A stretch of DNA of 64,000 nucleotides. Source: Parcubacteria group bacterium Gr01-1014_20. GTDB taxonomy: Bacteria > Patescibacteriota > Minisyncoccia > UBA6257 > 2-01-FULL-56-20. The translations under genes were made by a program, and so were the position numbers. The stretch lies in assembly GCA_007376265.1 (NCBI GenBank), contig VMFW01000006.1:10930-74929 (forward strand), written 5' to 3'. Below, piece after piece: positions 17,981-26,199 of the stretch; the first letter of the stretch is position 1, and every line of letters starts with the position of its first letter. The notes under the pieces were generated by a model. That model did no database searches and had not been told where the DNA came from. It worked only from the letters and a program-made list of their open reading frames with translations.

Positions 17981-18160
17981 TTAGGCGTACCAGACGGGAC
18001 CCCAGGTGTGAAAAAACATCTGTCGGCCGGCTCGATATTCGTCGGTATCCCAGATTGGGCGGTCACCGAGAACAGCCGTCTGTCCATAGTAGAACTCACC
18101 TCCCGGGAACCCGAGTGCGATCGCGATAGCGACCACGGCTATTCTTAGGAATTTTCTCAT
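17981..18160 (-). CDS. 59-aa secreted or membrane-anchored peptide (below the ORF-track cutoff)
   Basis: Translation: MRKFLRIAVVAIAIALGFPGGEFYYGQTAVLGDRPIWDTDEYRAGRQMFFHTWGPVWYA. GAGGAGGG RBS 8 nt upstream. Last gene before the terminator at 17852-17888. Confidence 0.45.
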   Translation of the reverse strand: MRKFLRIAVVAIAIALGFPGGEFYYGQTAVLGDRPIWDTDEYRAGRQMFFHTWGPVWYA

Positions 18161-18176
18161 GGAACCCTCCTCGCGA

Positions 18177-18530
18177 TTAGTTGTTGGCGATGACGACGCT
18201 CGCTCTCTTTAGAGCTCGCTTTTTCCGAATGTCCTGAATGGCGCGGACAACTATCACCGCTGAGCATCCAATAGCCCCAACGGTTCCTTCGTAGGTGTGG
18301 AAGGGATTCGGGAGCCGAATGAAGAGATTCAAGCAGATGATTCCGAGGGCCGAGAAGATTAGAACCCCCTTGAGGTTCCTCGGCTTTACGAGTGGAAACG
18401 CTATTCGGATCGCGTTCCTTCTCATTTGAATCGAGAGGGCAACGACGAAACAAGCCAGTCCAAACGTGAGCTCGAGCGGCTTGCAGACGCCGTTTACGAA
18501 GTTCAAGACGAAAGTGATGATTTCACTCAT
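18177..18530 (-). CDS. small 2-TM membrane protein, paralog A (117 aa)
   Basis: Shares the motifs NGxxKPxEL and PNPF(H/T)TYEGxxG…IR with the adjacent 124-aa ORF. Confidence 0.55.
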   Translation of the reverse strand: MSEIITFVLNFVNGVCKPLELTFGLACFVVALSIQMRRNAIRIAFPLVKPRNLKGVLIFSALGIICLNLFIRLPNPFHTYEGTVGAIGCSAVIVVRAIQDIRKKRALKRASVVIANN

Positions 18531-18569
18531 ATTTCCTCCGTTGATTTCGGTGTGGTTTGTTGATTTTCC

Positions 18570-18944
18570 CTAAAACAACATGTTCAAGGAGAAGGAAAAC
18601 CTTTTAGTCTCGCGGTAGCTTTTGATTAGCCGAATGCTCGCCTTGATTCCGTAGTGGATGCCGAATATCACCAAGCCGAGCTTTCCCTCGTAGGTGGTGA
18701 AGGGATTGGGCGTGACTGCGAAAATCACGAGAGCGACTGTTCCAAGGAGACCGAAGAATAGCTCCTCCTTTATGTTGTCCCAGTTCGACCCAATCCTCAT
18801 TGAGTAGTAAATCTCCGCAAGTAGTGGTGAGAGAGATAGTACTCCAAGCACGAGTTCGATGGGCTTGAAATAACCGTTCATGGCGCGGAGAATAATTTCT
18901 AAATCTCCGCTGGTTCTTGTTGCCAGATAGTAGGTCGTAAACAT
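18570..18944 (-). CDS. small 2-TM membrane protein, paralog B (124 aa)
   Basis: Tandem paralog of the gene at 18177-18530. TPNPFTTYEGKLGLVIFGIHYGIKASIRLIKSYR aligns with LPNPFHTYEGTVGAIGCSAVIVVRAIQDIRKKR. Confidence 0.55.
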   Translation of the reverse strand: MFTTYYLATRTSGDLEIILRAMNGYFKPIELVLGVLSLSPLLAEIYYSMRIGSNWDNIKEELFFGLLGTVALVIFAVTPNPFTTYEGKLGLVIFGIHYGIKASIRLIKSYRETKRFSFSLNMLF

Positions 18945-19091
18945 GGGTTGTCCTTTCTGTTATGCAGTTGTAAAGTTTCAGTCTTTGAGTTTATATTATA
19001 CCATATAAATGGCCTAATTGTCAAGTCAAGAAAGGCCATATTTATTAGGCTTTTTGAGATCTTAGCGTCTTTTTTCTTAATAAATTGGGCT

Positions 19092-19122
19092 GAAAAAACC
19101 TCCCGTTTTTCAGGGAGGTTTA
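19092..19122 (-). terminator. intrinsic terminator downstream of the 194-aa gene
   Basis: The minus strand reads ACCTCCC-tgaaaaac-GGGAGGT followed by TTTTTT. Confidence 0.5.
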
Positions 19123-19129
19123 GTTGGAT

Positions 19130-19714
19130 TTAGGCATAGAAACCGAGGGCGATGTCTTTTTTCTTTCCTCCGGGAGCGCCGATGATGGCTAGGAAATTGG
19201 AGAGAGTGGCCATTATGAAAGAACCGCGGCCGTGCTCGGCCATTGGTTCATGAAGAGTCGAAAATTTCATTCGCGAGATTCCCATCATGCCGGCGGTATC
19301 TTCCACAAAGATCAGAATGGCTCTGCCAGGGTTGGCGACGGCAGTGATATGGATGCGTCCCCTCTTGCCATAGTTTTGCATGGCTCTCCGAGCGTTTTCG
19401 AGAGCTTCGGAGGTAGCCATAGCGATATCGACGGATCTTGATTCACTGAAGCCGGAAAGATGGGCGAAAACCTGAACTTTGTCGCAGGCAGCGTACATTT
19501 GTTGTGGTGATCGAAAGGACGTAGTTAGGACCTTGGGGAATCGAATCGCGAACGGTTCAGCCCCGTTTTCTGGCCAAGATTTAACCTGGATTATCTCTGG
19601 TTCTTTAACTAGCCTTGTGGCTCTGGGCATCCGGACCTCCTTATTAAGGGTTCTAACTTGCTTATAATACCAGAGACATTTTTTGTCAATCCCGTTTAGA
19701 AATTTCACACCCAA
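19130..19714 (-). CDS. RsbW/SpoIIAB-like anti-sigma-factor serine kinase family protein (HATPase_c_2-like), orphan
   Basis: …VDIAMATSEALENARRAMQNYGKRGRIHITAV…LIFVEDTAGMMG…EHGRGSFIMATLSNF… matches the N-box, G1 (DxGxG) and G2 (GrG) boxes of anti-sigma kinases. The likely true start is the internal MPRATRLV. Confidence 0.5.
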   Translation of the reverse strand: MGVKFLNGIDKKCLWYYKQVRTLNKEVRMPRATRLVKEPEIIQVKSWPENGAEPFAIRFPKVLTTSFRSPQQMYAACDKVQVFAHLSGFSESRSVDIAMATSEALENARRAMQNYGKRGRIHITAVANPGRAILIFVEDTAGMMGISRMKFSTLHEPMAEHGRGSFIMATLSNFLAIIGAPGGKKKDIALGFYA

Positions 19715-19760
19715 GCCCTTTGGGCGCGGTCGACCACGGGTGTTATTTCTAACGGGATAA

Positions 19761-19786
19761 AAATAAAAAGCCCCGCTCGGTCGATT
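19761..19786 (-). terminator. intrinsic terminator after the 80-aa membrane-protein gene
   Basis: The minus strand reads CCCCGCTC-aatcgacc-GAGCGGGG followed by CTTTTTATTTTTAT. Confidence 0.45.
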
Positions 19787-19808
19787 GAGCGGGGTTTGCT
19801 GCTTGAGG

Positions 19809-20051
19809 TTAGGCGGGGTGTCGATGGCAGATGGTTCTGACCGTTGTGGTCAAAAGGCCTGCCATACCGATTGCGCCAGTCGTGATGCTCGCGATCGTGA
19901 ACAAGAGTGCGCCGATCGCGTAGCCGATCCAACCTGCCTGTTGAAGGGAGGTTGGTGTCGGAACCATCTTGAGCAGGAAGATCATGGCCAGTGCGGTTGC
20001 TCCCAGAAGAGCTGAACATTGCAGACACATGACCCACGATTTTCTTTCCAT
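19809..20051 (-). CDS. small hydrophobic membrane protein (80 aa)
   Basis: Internal ATG at 20051 preceded by GGGAGG. Translation begins MERKSWVMCLQCSALLGATALAMIFLL… and shows two TM segments. The ORF-track N-terminal extension looks spurious. Confidence 0.45.
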   Translation of the reverse strand: MERKSWVMCLQCSALLGATALAMIFLLKMVPTPTSLQQAGWIGYAIGALLFTIASITTGAIGMAGLLTTTVRTICHRHPA

Positions 20052-20091
20052 TTCATCCTCCCTTTGTGTTAGGTTTGCTACCAAGCGAACA

Positions 20092-20313
20092 TTACTTCGC
20101 TTTGCTGGCACACCAGACACCGGTGAATAGTGCCGCGAAAAGAGCGATCCAGCCAGCGATGTACAGACCAATGAAGGCCATGGTGGCCTCTGTCGAAGCC
20201 CGATCCCAGGGAGCGGCATCCAGTTTCGATGCGCCCCAGAGAACTGGCGCTGCGAAAGCAACGAGACTGATCAAAAAGCCGATCAGGAAACGAGACTCAA
20301 AGCTTTTCGGCAT
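20092..20313 (-). CDS. small hydrophobic membrane protein (73 aa)
   Basis: Internal ATG at 20313 preceded by GAGAGGAG. Translation begins MPKSFESRFLIGFLISLVAFAAPVLW… and shows two TM segments. Confidence 0.45.
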   Translation of the reverse strand: MPKSFESRFLIGFLISLVAFAAPVLWGASKLDAAPWDRASTEATMAFIGLYIAGWIALFAALFTGVWCASKAK

Positions 20314-20517
20314 GGTACGACTCCTCTCTCGATTAGATACGGTTTTTGATTTCTGTTTACAGTTTCCACTCGTGAGTGCAATCCGCCACGAAAATCTGTG
20401 AGACATGAACGCCGGCATGGTAACGCGAAATAATGGTTCTCACGATCCAACCATTCGGTACTTTGAGTCGATGCGAGACCACTAGATGATTAGTGGTTTC
20501 ACTTACCGGATCTGAAA

Positions 20518-21738
20518 TTAGCTCCCACACACGTCCTCCCTCTGTTTGTCTTTGTTTTCGTTGTCTTGCTTGAAGATCTTAGTTTCCTCAAGAAAGACAA
20601 CGAAAACTATGAAATTTTCAAGGTTCTTTCGAGTTTTTATTATACCATTACCTTCGGGGCGGCCAGTTTTGCCATTGAGCCATTCATAGAAGTCAGGGAT
20701 TATAGTTTTTGAATTACGAATTATGGGCGCTTTGGAAACTAGATTTGCCTTGGCAAGGAGTTCAAGTTCCTTTTTTGCCTTGGTGAATTTTTTTGTTTTT
20801 GCTAAAGCGGCGACGTAAAGTCCACCAATAAAAGGCCAGATGCCAGTGTTTAAGTAATGGTAGGCTTCCCGTGCCTCACACTCCTCGAAGTATTTGTGGT
20901 ATTCACTATCCCCTTTTCGGATGGGCGGCCAAATGGCTTTGCAGGGATACGGCCGATTGATTTTACTTTTTTCGATGTAATTTAAAATTGAGTTGGCGAT
21001 TTTTGGCGTAGCGAGACCAGTAAGAATAGCGAGTAAATTGCCAGTCGTATCAAACCAACCTTCTTGTTCTTTGAGTTTTTGATCGGGGCCGTGAGATTTC
21101 CAAACCCAAGGTCGGTAGTAGCCCAATTTTTTGTCATAGAGCGAGAGATATTTTTGAGTTTCGCCGTTTATAATCTTCTTTAACTTTTCCGCCTTCTTTT
21201 TTTGGTTGGTTAAATTCAAAACGGCATAGTAAAGAGCTTCGGTATTTATGACTCGGCCGTATTTGTGGGGAAAAGCGTCTTGCCAGTCCATCGTGGGTTG
21301 CTGGACGAGGAGACTGTCTTCGTTTGGATCTTGGTATTCGAGCCAGGTGAGAGCAGCTTTCAAATGCTTGGCGTGCTTTTTTAAAATTGATTTGTCTTTG
21401 TAAGTTTTGGAGTAGGCGTGCAAGCCAATAATCCACCATAGCGTAGAATCGATGGAGTTGAAGGTGACGTCCGAACGTCGCTCGGTGTTGTAACTCCCGA
21501 CGGCGTTTGGGATTTGGCCGTGTTTGGATTGGTTTTGGGCAAGGAGCTCTAGGCTTCTCCTGAACGGGATCTGAAACTTTTCTTCGATTAAACTGGCGCC
21601 CAGAGATGAAATCATGCTGTCACGCGCCCAGGTAGCTTCGTAGCCGCCAGGAAGACCAGAGGCGTAAAATCCCGTGGGTTTGGCACACGACGCTAAAACT
21701 TCGATAGCTTTTTGGTGGGCTTGATCAATCAGTTTCAT
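20518..21738 (-). CDS. (alpha/alpha)6-barrel glycoside hydrolase, GH63/GH15-like (glucosylglycerate/mannosylglycerate hydrolase-like or debranching-like)
   Basis: 406 aa. The six-hairpin glycosidase pattern includes GGYEATWARDS near the N-terminus and further W/Y-rich blocks. Confidence 0.6.
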   Translation of the reverse strand: MKLIDQAHQKAIEVLASCAKPTGFYASGLPGGYEATWARDSMISSLGASLIEEKFQIPFRRSLELLAQNQSKHGQIPNAVGSYNTERRSDVTFNSIDSTLWWIIGLHAYSKTYKDKSILKKHAKHLKAALTWLEYQDPNEDSLLVQQPTMDWQDAFPHKYGRVINTEALYYAVLNLTNQKKKAEKLKKIINGETQKYLSLYDKKLGYYRPWVWKSHGPDQKLKEQEGWFDTTGNLLAILTGLATPKIANSILNYIEKSKINRPYPCKAIWPPIRKGDSEYHKYFEECEAREAYHYLNTGIWPFIGGLYVAALAKTKKFTKAKKELELLAKANLVSKAPIIRNSKTIIPDFYEWLNGKTGRPEGNGIIKTRKNLENFIVFVVFLEETKIFKQDNENKDKQREDVCGS

Positions 21739-22003
21739 GTTTTAAATTATAGCATCGTTTAAAATGAAAAACCGTTCCAGTAATTACCGGAACGGTTAAG
21801 AGTTTTTGGAGGTTAGTCCCAATAGTGAGAAGCGAAGAAAACCACGATGAATAGCGCCCAGAGTGGACCGGCCGATTCCGTGACGATAACTCCAGCTGTG
21901 ATAGCGACGCACATCGCCGCTACGCAGACACCCCCAACAATGTTTCGAGATCTGTCGGTGGTCAATTTAACCTCCTTTGAGTAGTGATGGTTAGTGTGCC
22001 TCT

Positions 22004-22147
22004 TTAAACTAAGAGAAGGATGGTTACAACCAGGAAAGATCCGGTGGTAGAACCGACAACGAAGCTCGTAACTGTAGACCACGACCCTCCCCGCGCTCGA
22101 ATTTTATGAGCGACCAGGATTATGGCGAGCGGAATAAAAAACTCCAT
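22004..22147 (-). CDS. possible 47-aa hydrophobic peptide (very tentative)
   Basis: ATG at 22147 preceded by AGGGGGGG. Translation: MEFFIPLAIILVAHKIRARGGSWSTVTSFVVGSTTGSFLVVTILLLV. It overlaps the track ORF 21813-22082 in another frame, and a terminator hairpin sits at 21772-21795. Confidence 0.2.
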   Translation of the reverse strand: MEFFIPLAIILVAHKIRARGGSWSTVTSFVVGSTTGSFLVVTILLLV

Positions 22148-22185
22148 TTGCCCCCCCTGTTGTTGGTTTGCTAACTCAACTTATA

Positions 22186-24399
22186 TTACCCTTCTCTGGT
22201 TTCGTCAAGCGCCAACCTGGCAAGTAGATACGAAATGGTGGATTCGGCACCTTGGTTTAAATTAATCGCGTATTCACCCACGCCGTCGTAGCAGCCGCCG
22301 GTGGCTTCATCGTAGACCATCTGGTTTAAGTGATTTTTGCCGAGGAACCAGTTGAAAACCCGGTAGGCGTCTTTTAGGTATTGCTTGTCTCCCGTTACCT
22401 TGTAGGCTGCCACTTTAGTCTCTACCATAGTTGAGGTCTCCTCAGGCTGTTGGTCAAAGTAGGCGCGTTTTTTGTTTCTAAAATACCAGCCGTTTTGGCC
22501 GATCGGAGAGTAGTGATCCTTTTCAAAGGTTATTTGTTTTAGGAAGTTTAAAGTTTTTTTGGCGACCAATAAGTATTCTGGATTTTTGGTTAAATCGTAG
22601 GCGTAGAAAAGAGATTCGGCGAGTTTGCTGTTGGAATAAGTGAGTTGATCTTCGAACCAGTGCCAGTCTTCGGAGGCGAACTCTTTATATTGAGCAACCT
22701 GGGCATCGGCCAATTTTTTGAAGACTTTCTGAAGTTTTACCGACGGTTCCTTTTTTAGGTAGTGGTAGAGACCGGTCATGGTAAAAGCGATGGCACGGGG
22801 ACTTTTAAGTTTGAGGAAATGATTGAAGGTCTTGGCGAAGAGTTTTTTGGCCTGGTTTTTTAGGTTTTCGGGAATGTGGGTGCTTGAAGCGGTGTAACCC
22901 AGGGCCCAGATGGCTCGGCCCTGAACGTCCTCGTCGGTAGTGCCGTCTTTGATTTTCTGGCTGCTCACGATGTTGGCAAAGGTACCAGTCGGTCTTTGGG
23001 TGAACTTTATAAAATTGAGGTAGGTTTGAATAAGCTTTCCGAGGTTTGGGTCGGAGTCGTTTTTGTATTGTTTGGCTGAGACCAGGAGGGCTCTCGCGTT
23101 ATCGTCTAAGCTGTAGCCGTAGCGGGTTTCGGGTTTTGAATACTTGGCAAAGTGGAGAATGCCAAAGTCGTCGGTTAGGCGGTGGAGGTGGTCGAGTTTT
23201 AGTTCTGGGAGCTTATCATCCTCGGCTTCGAGGTCACTTAGTTTTTCGTAAAGCTTGAAATAGGCGGTGGCGACGTTTGGCCAAGTCATAGGGCGAGTGT
23301 GCTCATAGGCTTCGCGGCCCAAGGCTTTGGTTTTCTTTTCGTCGGAGAGCAGTTCGAAAAGATTTCGGGCGATGGCGCCAGGATTACGAGACGGGACTAG
23401 GCGCCCGCAGTTTGGGGGCACCAAAAATTTAGCGTAAGAGGTTTGGGTCGAGATGACAGGCCGGCCACAACCGAGGGCATAAGAGAGCGTGCCACTTACG
23501 GATTGACTTTCGTCGATGGTGGGAGAGATGTAGATGTCGGTGGCCCGCAAAAAGTTTAGGAGTTCTTCGAGGTTGAGGTATTTGTTGTAAAACTTGACGT
23601 TGTTTTCGAGTCCGAGTTTTTGAGTTTCCTGAATCAAGAAATTTCTATAGGACTCGCCCTTGTCGCGAACGATATTAGGATGAGTGGCGCCGATGACGAG
23701 GTAAACTACGTTTGGATATTTTTTAATAACTTCCGGTAGGGATCGGATGGCGTGCTGAACGCCTTTGTTTGGACTTAAAAATCCGAAAGTTGATAAAACG
23801 GTTTTTCCTTGAAGTCCTAGTTCGGATTTATATTTATCGCTGGGTTCGAGAGCAACCTGGGGAATGCCATGCGGGATGATTGAAATTATTTCTGACCTGA
23901 TCTGGTAGTCTAGGATCAGAATTTCTTTTGAGAGACTATTCATAACTACGAGTGCCGAAGCGCGGCTAGCAATCGTGGCGACGACATTTTTCAGTTCGTC
24001 GTCGGGATTTTCTAGGACCGAATGGAAAGTGATGACAGAAGGTTTTTCAAGAACCTGTAAAAACGGGATGATGTAGTCGCCCCAGTTGCCACCGAAGAGG
24101 CCAAATTCATGCTGAATATTTACCACCTTCACGTTTGGGTTGGCATTCAACTCTTTGGCCAGATTGACGTAAAAGCTAATCTCGTTCGCGTTAATTTCCC
24201 CAGCGACTTTTCTGGTGTTGTAGTTATAGATGCTCGTGGGATTGTCATTCAGGGCAACGATACGCGATTTAACAGAAGGGTTGAATTTTTGATCCAGGGC
24301 GTTTGTGATGTCTTCGGTGAAGGTGGCAATGCCACACTCGCGAGGCGGGAAGGAGCTTAGGTGAACCACGTACTTTGTGTTTTTTTCGTTCAGGTTCAT
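22186..24399 (-). CDS. bifunctional-looking fusion: N-terminal GT4 glycosyltransferase plus C-terminal (alpha/alpha)6-barrel glycoside-hydrolase-like domain
   Basis: Residues about 1-390 have a GT4 fold (…SPTIDESQSVSGTLSYALGCGRPVISTQTSYA…). Residues about 400-737 resemble six-hairpin glycosidases (…YSLDDNARALLVSAKQY…DVQGRAIWALGY…). Confidence 0.65.
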   Translation of the reverse strand: MNLNEKNTKYVVHLSSFPPRECGIATFTEDITNALDQKFNPSVKSRIVALNDNPTSIYNYNTRKVAGEINANEISFYVNLAKELNANPNVKVVNIQHEFGLFGGNWGDYIIPFLQVLEKPSVITFHSVLENPDDELKNVVATIASRASALVVMNSLSKEILILDYQIRSEIISIIPHGIPQVALEPSDKYKSELGLQGKTVLSTFGFLSPNKGVQHAIRSLPEVIKKYPNVVYLVIGATHPNIVRDKGESYRNFLIQETQKLGLENNVKFYNKYLNLEELLNFLRATDIYISPTIDESQSVSGTLSYALGCGRPVISTQTSYAKFLVPPNCGRLVPSRNPGAIARNLFELLSDEKKTKALGREAYEHTRPMTWPNVATAYFKLYEKLSDLEAEDDKLPELKLDHLHRLTDDFGILHFAKYSKPETRYGYSLDDNARALLVSAKQYKNDSDPNLGKLIQTYLNFIKFTQRPTGTFANIVSSQKIKDGTTDEDVQGRAIWALGYTASSTHIPENLKNQAKKLFAKTFNHFLKLKSPRAIAFTMTGLYHYLKKEPSVKLQKVFKKLADAQVAQYKEFASEDWHWFEDQLTYSNSKLAESLFYAYDLTKNPEYLLVAKKTLNFLKQITFEKDHYSPIGQNGWYFRNKKRAYFDQQPEETSTMVETKVAAYKVTGDKQYLKDAYRVFNWFLGKNHLNQMVYDEATGGCYDGVGEYAINLNQGAESTISYLLARLALDETREG

Positions 24400-25464
24400 T
24401 TAATTCATGTGAATCCTAGCTTTTTTGAGGATTTCCTTAATAAGACCGTTCAGGTTTACCTTAGCAACGGCGATATGCTTGTCGGCGGCCCCGTAGTAGA
24501 TATAGAGATCTTTCCCGAATATAGCGGTGCCAGTTGGGAAGACCACATTTGCGACAAGGCCTTTCTTTTCATACTTTTCCTCTGGTGAAAAAAGCGGATA
24601 GTGCAGGCGAGCGACATATTTAGCTGGATCGCTTTTTTTAACCAGGGCGGCCGCGGCGTGGTAGGTTCGATTTTTGTTTATCTCCTCTACCGCGTGGTAG
24701 ATGAGGAGCCAATATTTTTTTGTTTCAACAGGAGGTGCTCCCCCACCAATGTTTCGCGATTCGAACCAATATTTGTTTTCCATAACAACGTGTTTGGAAA
24801 GGTGCTTGAGGTATTTTACCCAGAAACGATTATTTCCAATCTGCTTAAAGCTTTTGAAGTTTACAATTTGAACATCTGGCAGGATGCGATGTAGCATCGC
24901 GAACTGTCCTTTAATTTTTTTCGGAAACAAGATGACATCTTTTTCCCAGAGGTAGACGTCTTTACCGGCGTATTCCTCGTAGAACGATTCGAACATAAAA
25001 TAGCGATCCTTAAGCTTTTCTTTTCTAAAAAGCCTCCCGACATAATCGTAGGTGAGCCTTGGGGTGATGACGCCCTTTTTGTCGAACTTTTTTAAATCAC
25101 GACTCACGGCGTAGGCGGTAACGGCATTTTTACCGTCATGAGCGACATACGTTAGATAAAAAAGGCCGCCAATTTTAACGATTCGAGGATCTTCACAACC
25201 TTTGCGTTCATAGGGGTATTCCCTCCTGATAATTGGCTTTTCCCATCTTTCTATGACTTTGGTTGGCCCTTTGAGTTTAGCGTAACCAATTGAGGAGTTA
25301 TTTCTTTTGTCGACAGCTCGATAAAAAATATGAACGTAATCTTTGTCTTGAAAAACGCCCGGATTTAAAACCGCGCGATTTTCAAATCTATTTTTGGTTG
25401 GAGCAAGGATGACCCCTAGTTTTTTTACCTTGATTTCAGAATTTTTGAGACTTGTCTTTTTCAC
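24400..25464 (-). CDS. GH130-family glycoside phosphorylase/hydrolase (beta-mannoside phosphorylase-like)
   Basis: AVLNPGVF, GCEDPRIV and a C-terminal YYGAADKHIAVA are GH130 hallmarks. 354 aa. Confidence 0.7.
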   Translation of the reverse strand: MKKTSLKNSEIKVKKLGVILAPTKNRFENRAVLNPGVFQDKDYVHIFYRAVDKRNNSSIGYAKLKGPTKVIERWEKPIIRREYPYERKGCEDPRIVKIGGLFYLTYVAHDGKNAVTAYAVSRDLKKFDKKGVITPRLTYDYVGRLFRKEKLKDRYFMFESFYEEYAGKDVYLWEKDVILFPKKIKGQFAMLHRILPDVQIVNFKSFKQIGNNRFWVKYLKHLSKHVVMENKYWFESRNIGGGAPPVETKKYWLLIYHAVEEINKNRTYHAAAALVKKSDPAKYVARLHYPLFSPEEKYEKKGLVANVVFPTGTAIFGKDLYIYYGAADKHIAVAKVNLNGLIKEILKKARIHMN

Positions 25465-25596
25465 GAGTGTGAAACAAAAACCGAAACGGTGCCTCCGTCT
25501 CTATGTGCGAGAATTATATCATATCTTGAGCCGTATTTTCACAGTTGACCGATTTTTTGGAGGGAGGTAGATTTAGATGAGAACCTGGGAGGTGTG

Positions 25597-25806
25597 ATGA
25601 GAGATGCTTTGGGAGTTTTGGCGATTACGATTACGGCTGGCGCGACTATCTTGGGGGTGCGTTTGACGATTTCAAATCCAAAATTGGCTTTCGGTGTTTG
25701 CGCGATCGGAACGCTTGCGTCTCTATTGATTGGCTTTCGATACCCATTCTCAAAACGATTCGTTGATGGACGTGACAAAGAGTCGGTGGATGCTGGGAGC
25801 GAATAA
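25597..25806 (+). CDS. small 2-TM membrane protein (69 aa), hypothetical
   Basis: GGGAGG RBS 5 nt upstream of the ATG at 25597. A hairpin terminator lies at 25815-25840. Confidence 0.4.
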   Translation: MRDALGVLAITITAGATILGVRLTISNPKLAFGVCAIGTLASLLIGFRYPFSKRFVDGRDKESVDAGSE

Positions 25807-25814
25807 ATTTATAT

Positions 25815-25840
25815 ACAGCCTCTTTGGGGCTGTTTTTATT
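25815..25840 (+). terminator. intrinsic terminator
   Basis: ACAGCC-tctttgg-GGCTGT followed by TTTTTATT. Confidence 0.5.
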
Positions 25841-25908
25841 GAATTTTTTTGGGTGGAATGGTATTATTTTTCACTAGTTAGAGTGGATTTATAGTTCCGA
25901 TGCTCTGT

Positions 25909-25944
25909 GCGCCCATAGCTCAGTCCGGTAGAGCAGCTCCCTTT
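25909..25944 (+). pseudogene. orphan 5' half of a tRNA-Lys-like gene (acceptor strand through anticodon-loop CTTT)
   Basis: GCGCCCA-TA-GCTC-AGTCCGGTA-GAGC-A-GCTCC-CTTT, then the sequence diverges. No 3' half follows directly. The acceptor strand pairs perfectly with the 3' fragment at 26129-26135. Confidence 0.6.
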
Positions 25945-25988
25945 ACCAAGGTTGAGTTTGGCGATTGGTTCTCTCGACAAAAATAAAT

Positions 25989-26061
25989 GCCTCCTTAGCT
26001 CAGTTGGTAGAGCAGCTCCCTTTTAAGGAGATGGTCGCAGGTTCGATTCCTGCAGGAGGCA
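25989..26061 (+). tRNA. tRNA-Lys (anticodon TTT)
   Basis: 73 nt. Acceptor GCCTCCT/AGGAGGC is a perfect 7-bp pair. D-arm GCTC-AGTTGGT-AGAGC, anticodon loop CTTTTAA, T-arm GCAGG-TTCGATT-CCTGC, discriminator A. No encoded CCA. Confidence 0.85.
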
Positions 26062-26096
26062 CACAAAAGGCATTACTTTTGTCTCGTTGCCAATCG

Positions 26097-26136
26097 TAAG
26101 GAGATGGTCCTAGGTGTTCAAATCCTAGTGGGCGCA
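26097..26136 (+). pseudogene. orphan 3' half of the same tRNA-Lys-like gene (anticodon loop to discriminator)
   Basis: TAAGGAGATGGTC is identical to the intact tRNA-Lys anticodon/variable region, followed by CTAGG-TGTTCAAAT-CCTAG-TGGGCGC-A. TGGGCGC is the exact complement of the GCGCCCA acceptor strand at 25909. Confidence 0.6.
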
Positions 26137-26170
26137 CAGAGTACCGAGAGCTCAAAGTAGCTTCCTTTTT

Positions 26171-26199
26171 CCACCAGAGGTGGATCCGTCTCGGGCGGA
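26171..26199 (+). repeat. two-hairpin motif, copy 1 (CCACC-aga-GGTGG AT CCGTC-tcg-GGCGG A)
   Basis: Seen directly in the sequence. A second copy with compensatory changes is at 35676-35704. Confidence 0.7.

Noticed and set aside
25909-25985. Possible complete tRNA starting at 25909
   Set aside because: The sequence after the anticodon-stem 5' strand (CTTTACCAAGGTTGAG…) cannot form an anticodon stem or a T-arm. It is only a 5' half and is reported as a fragment.
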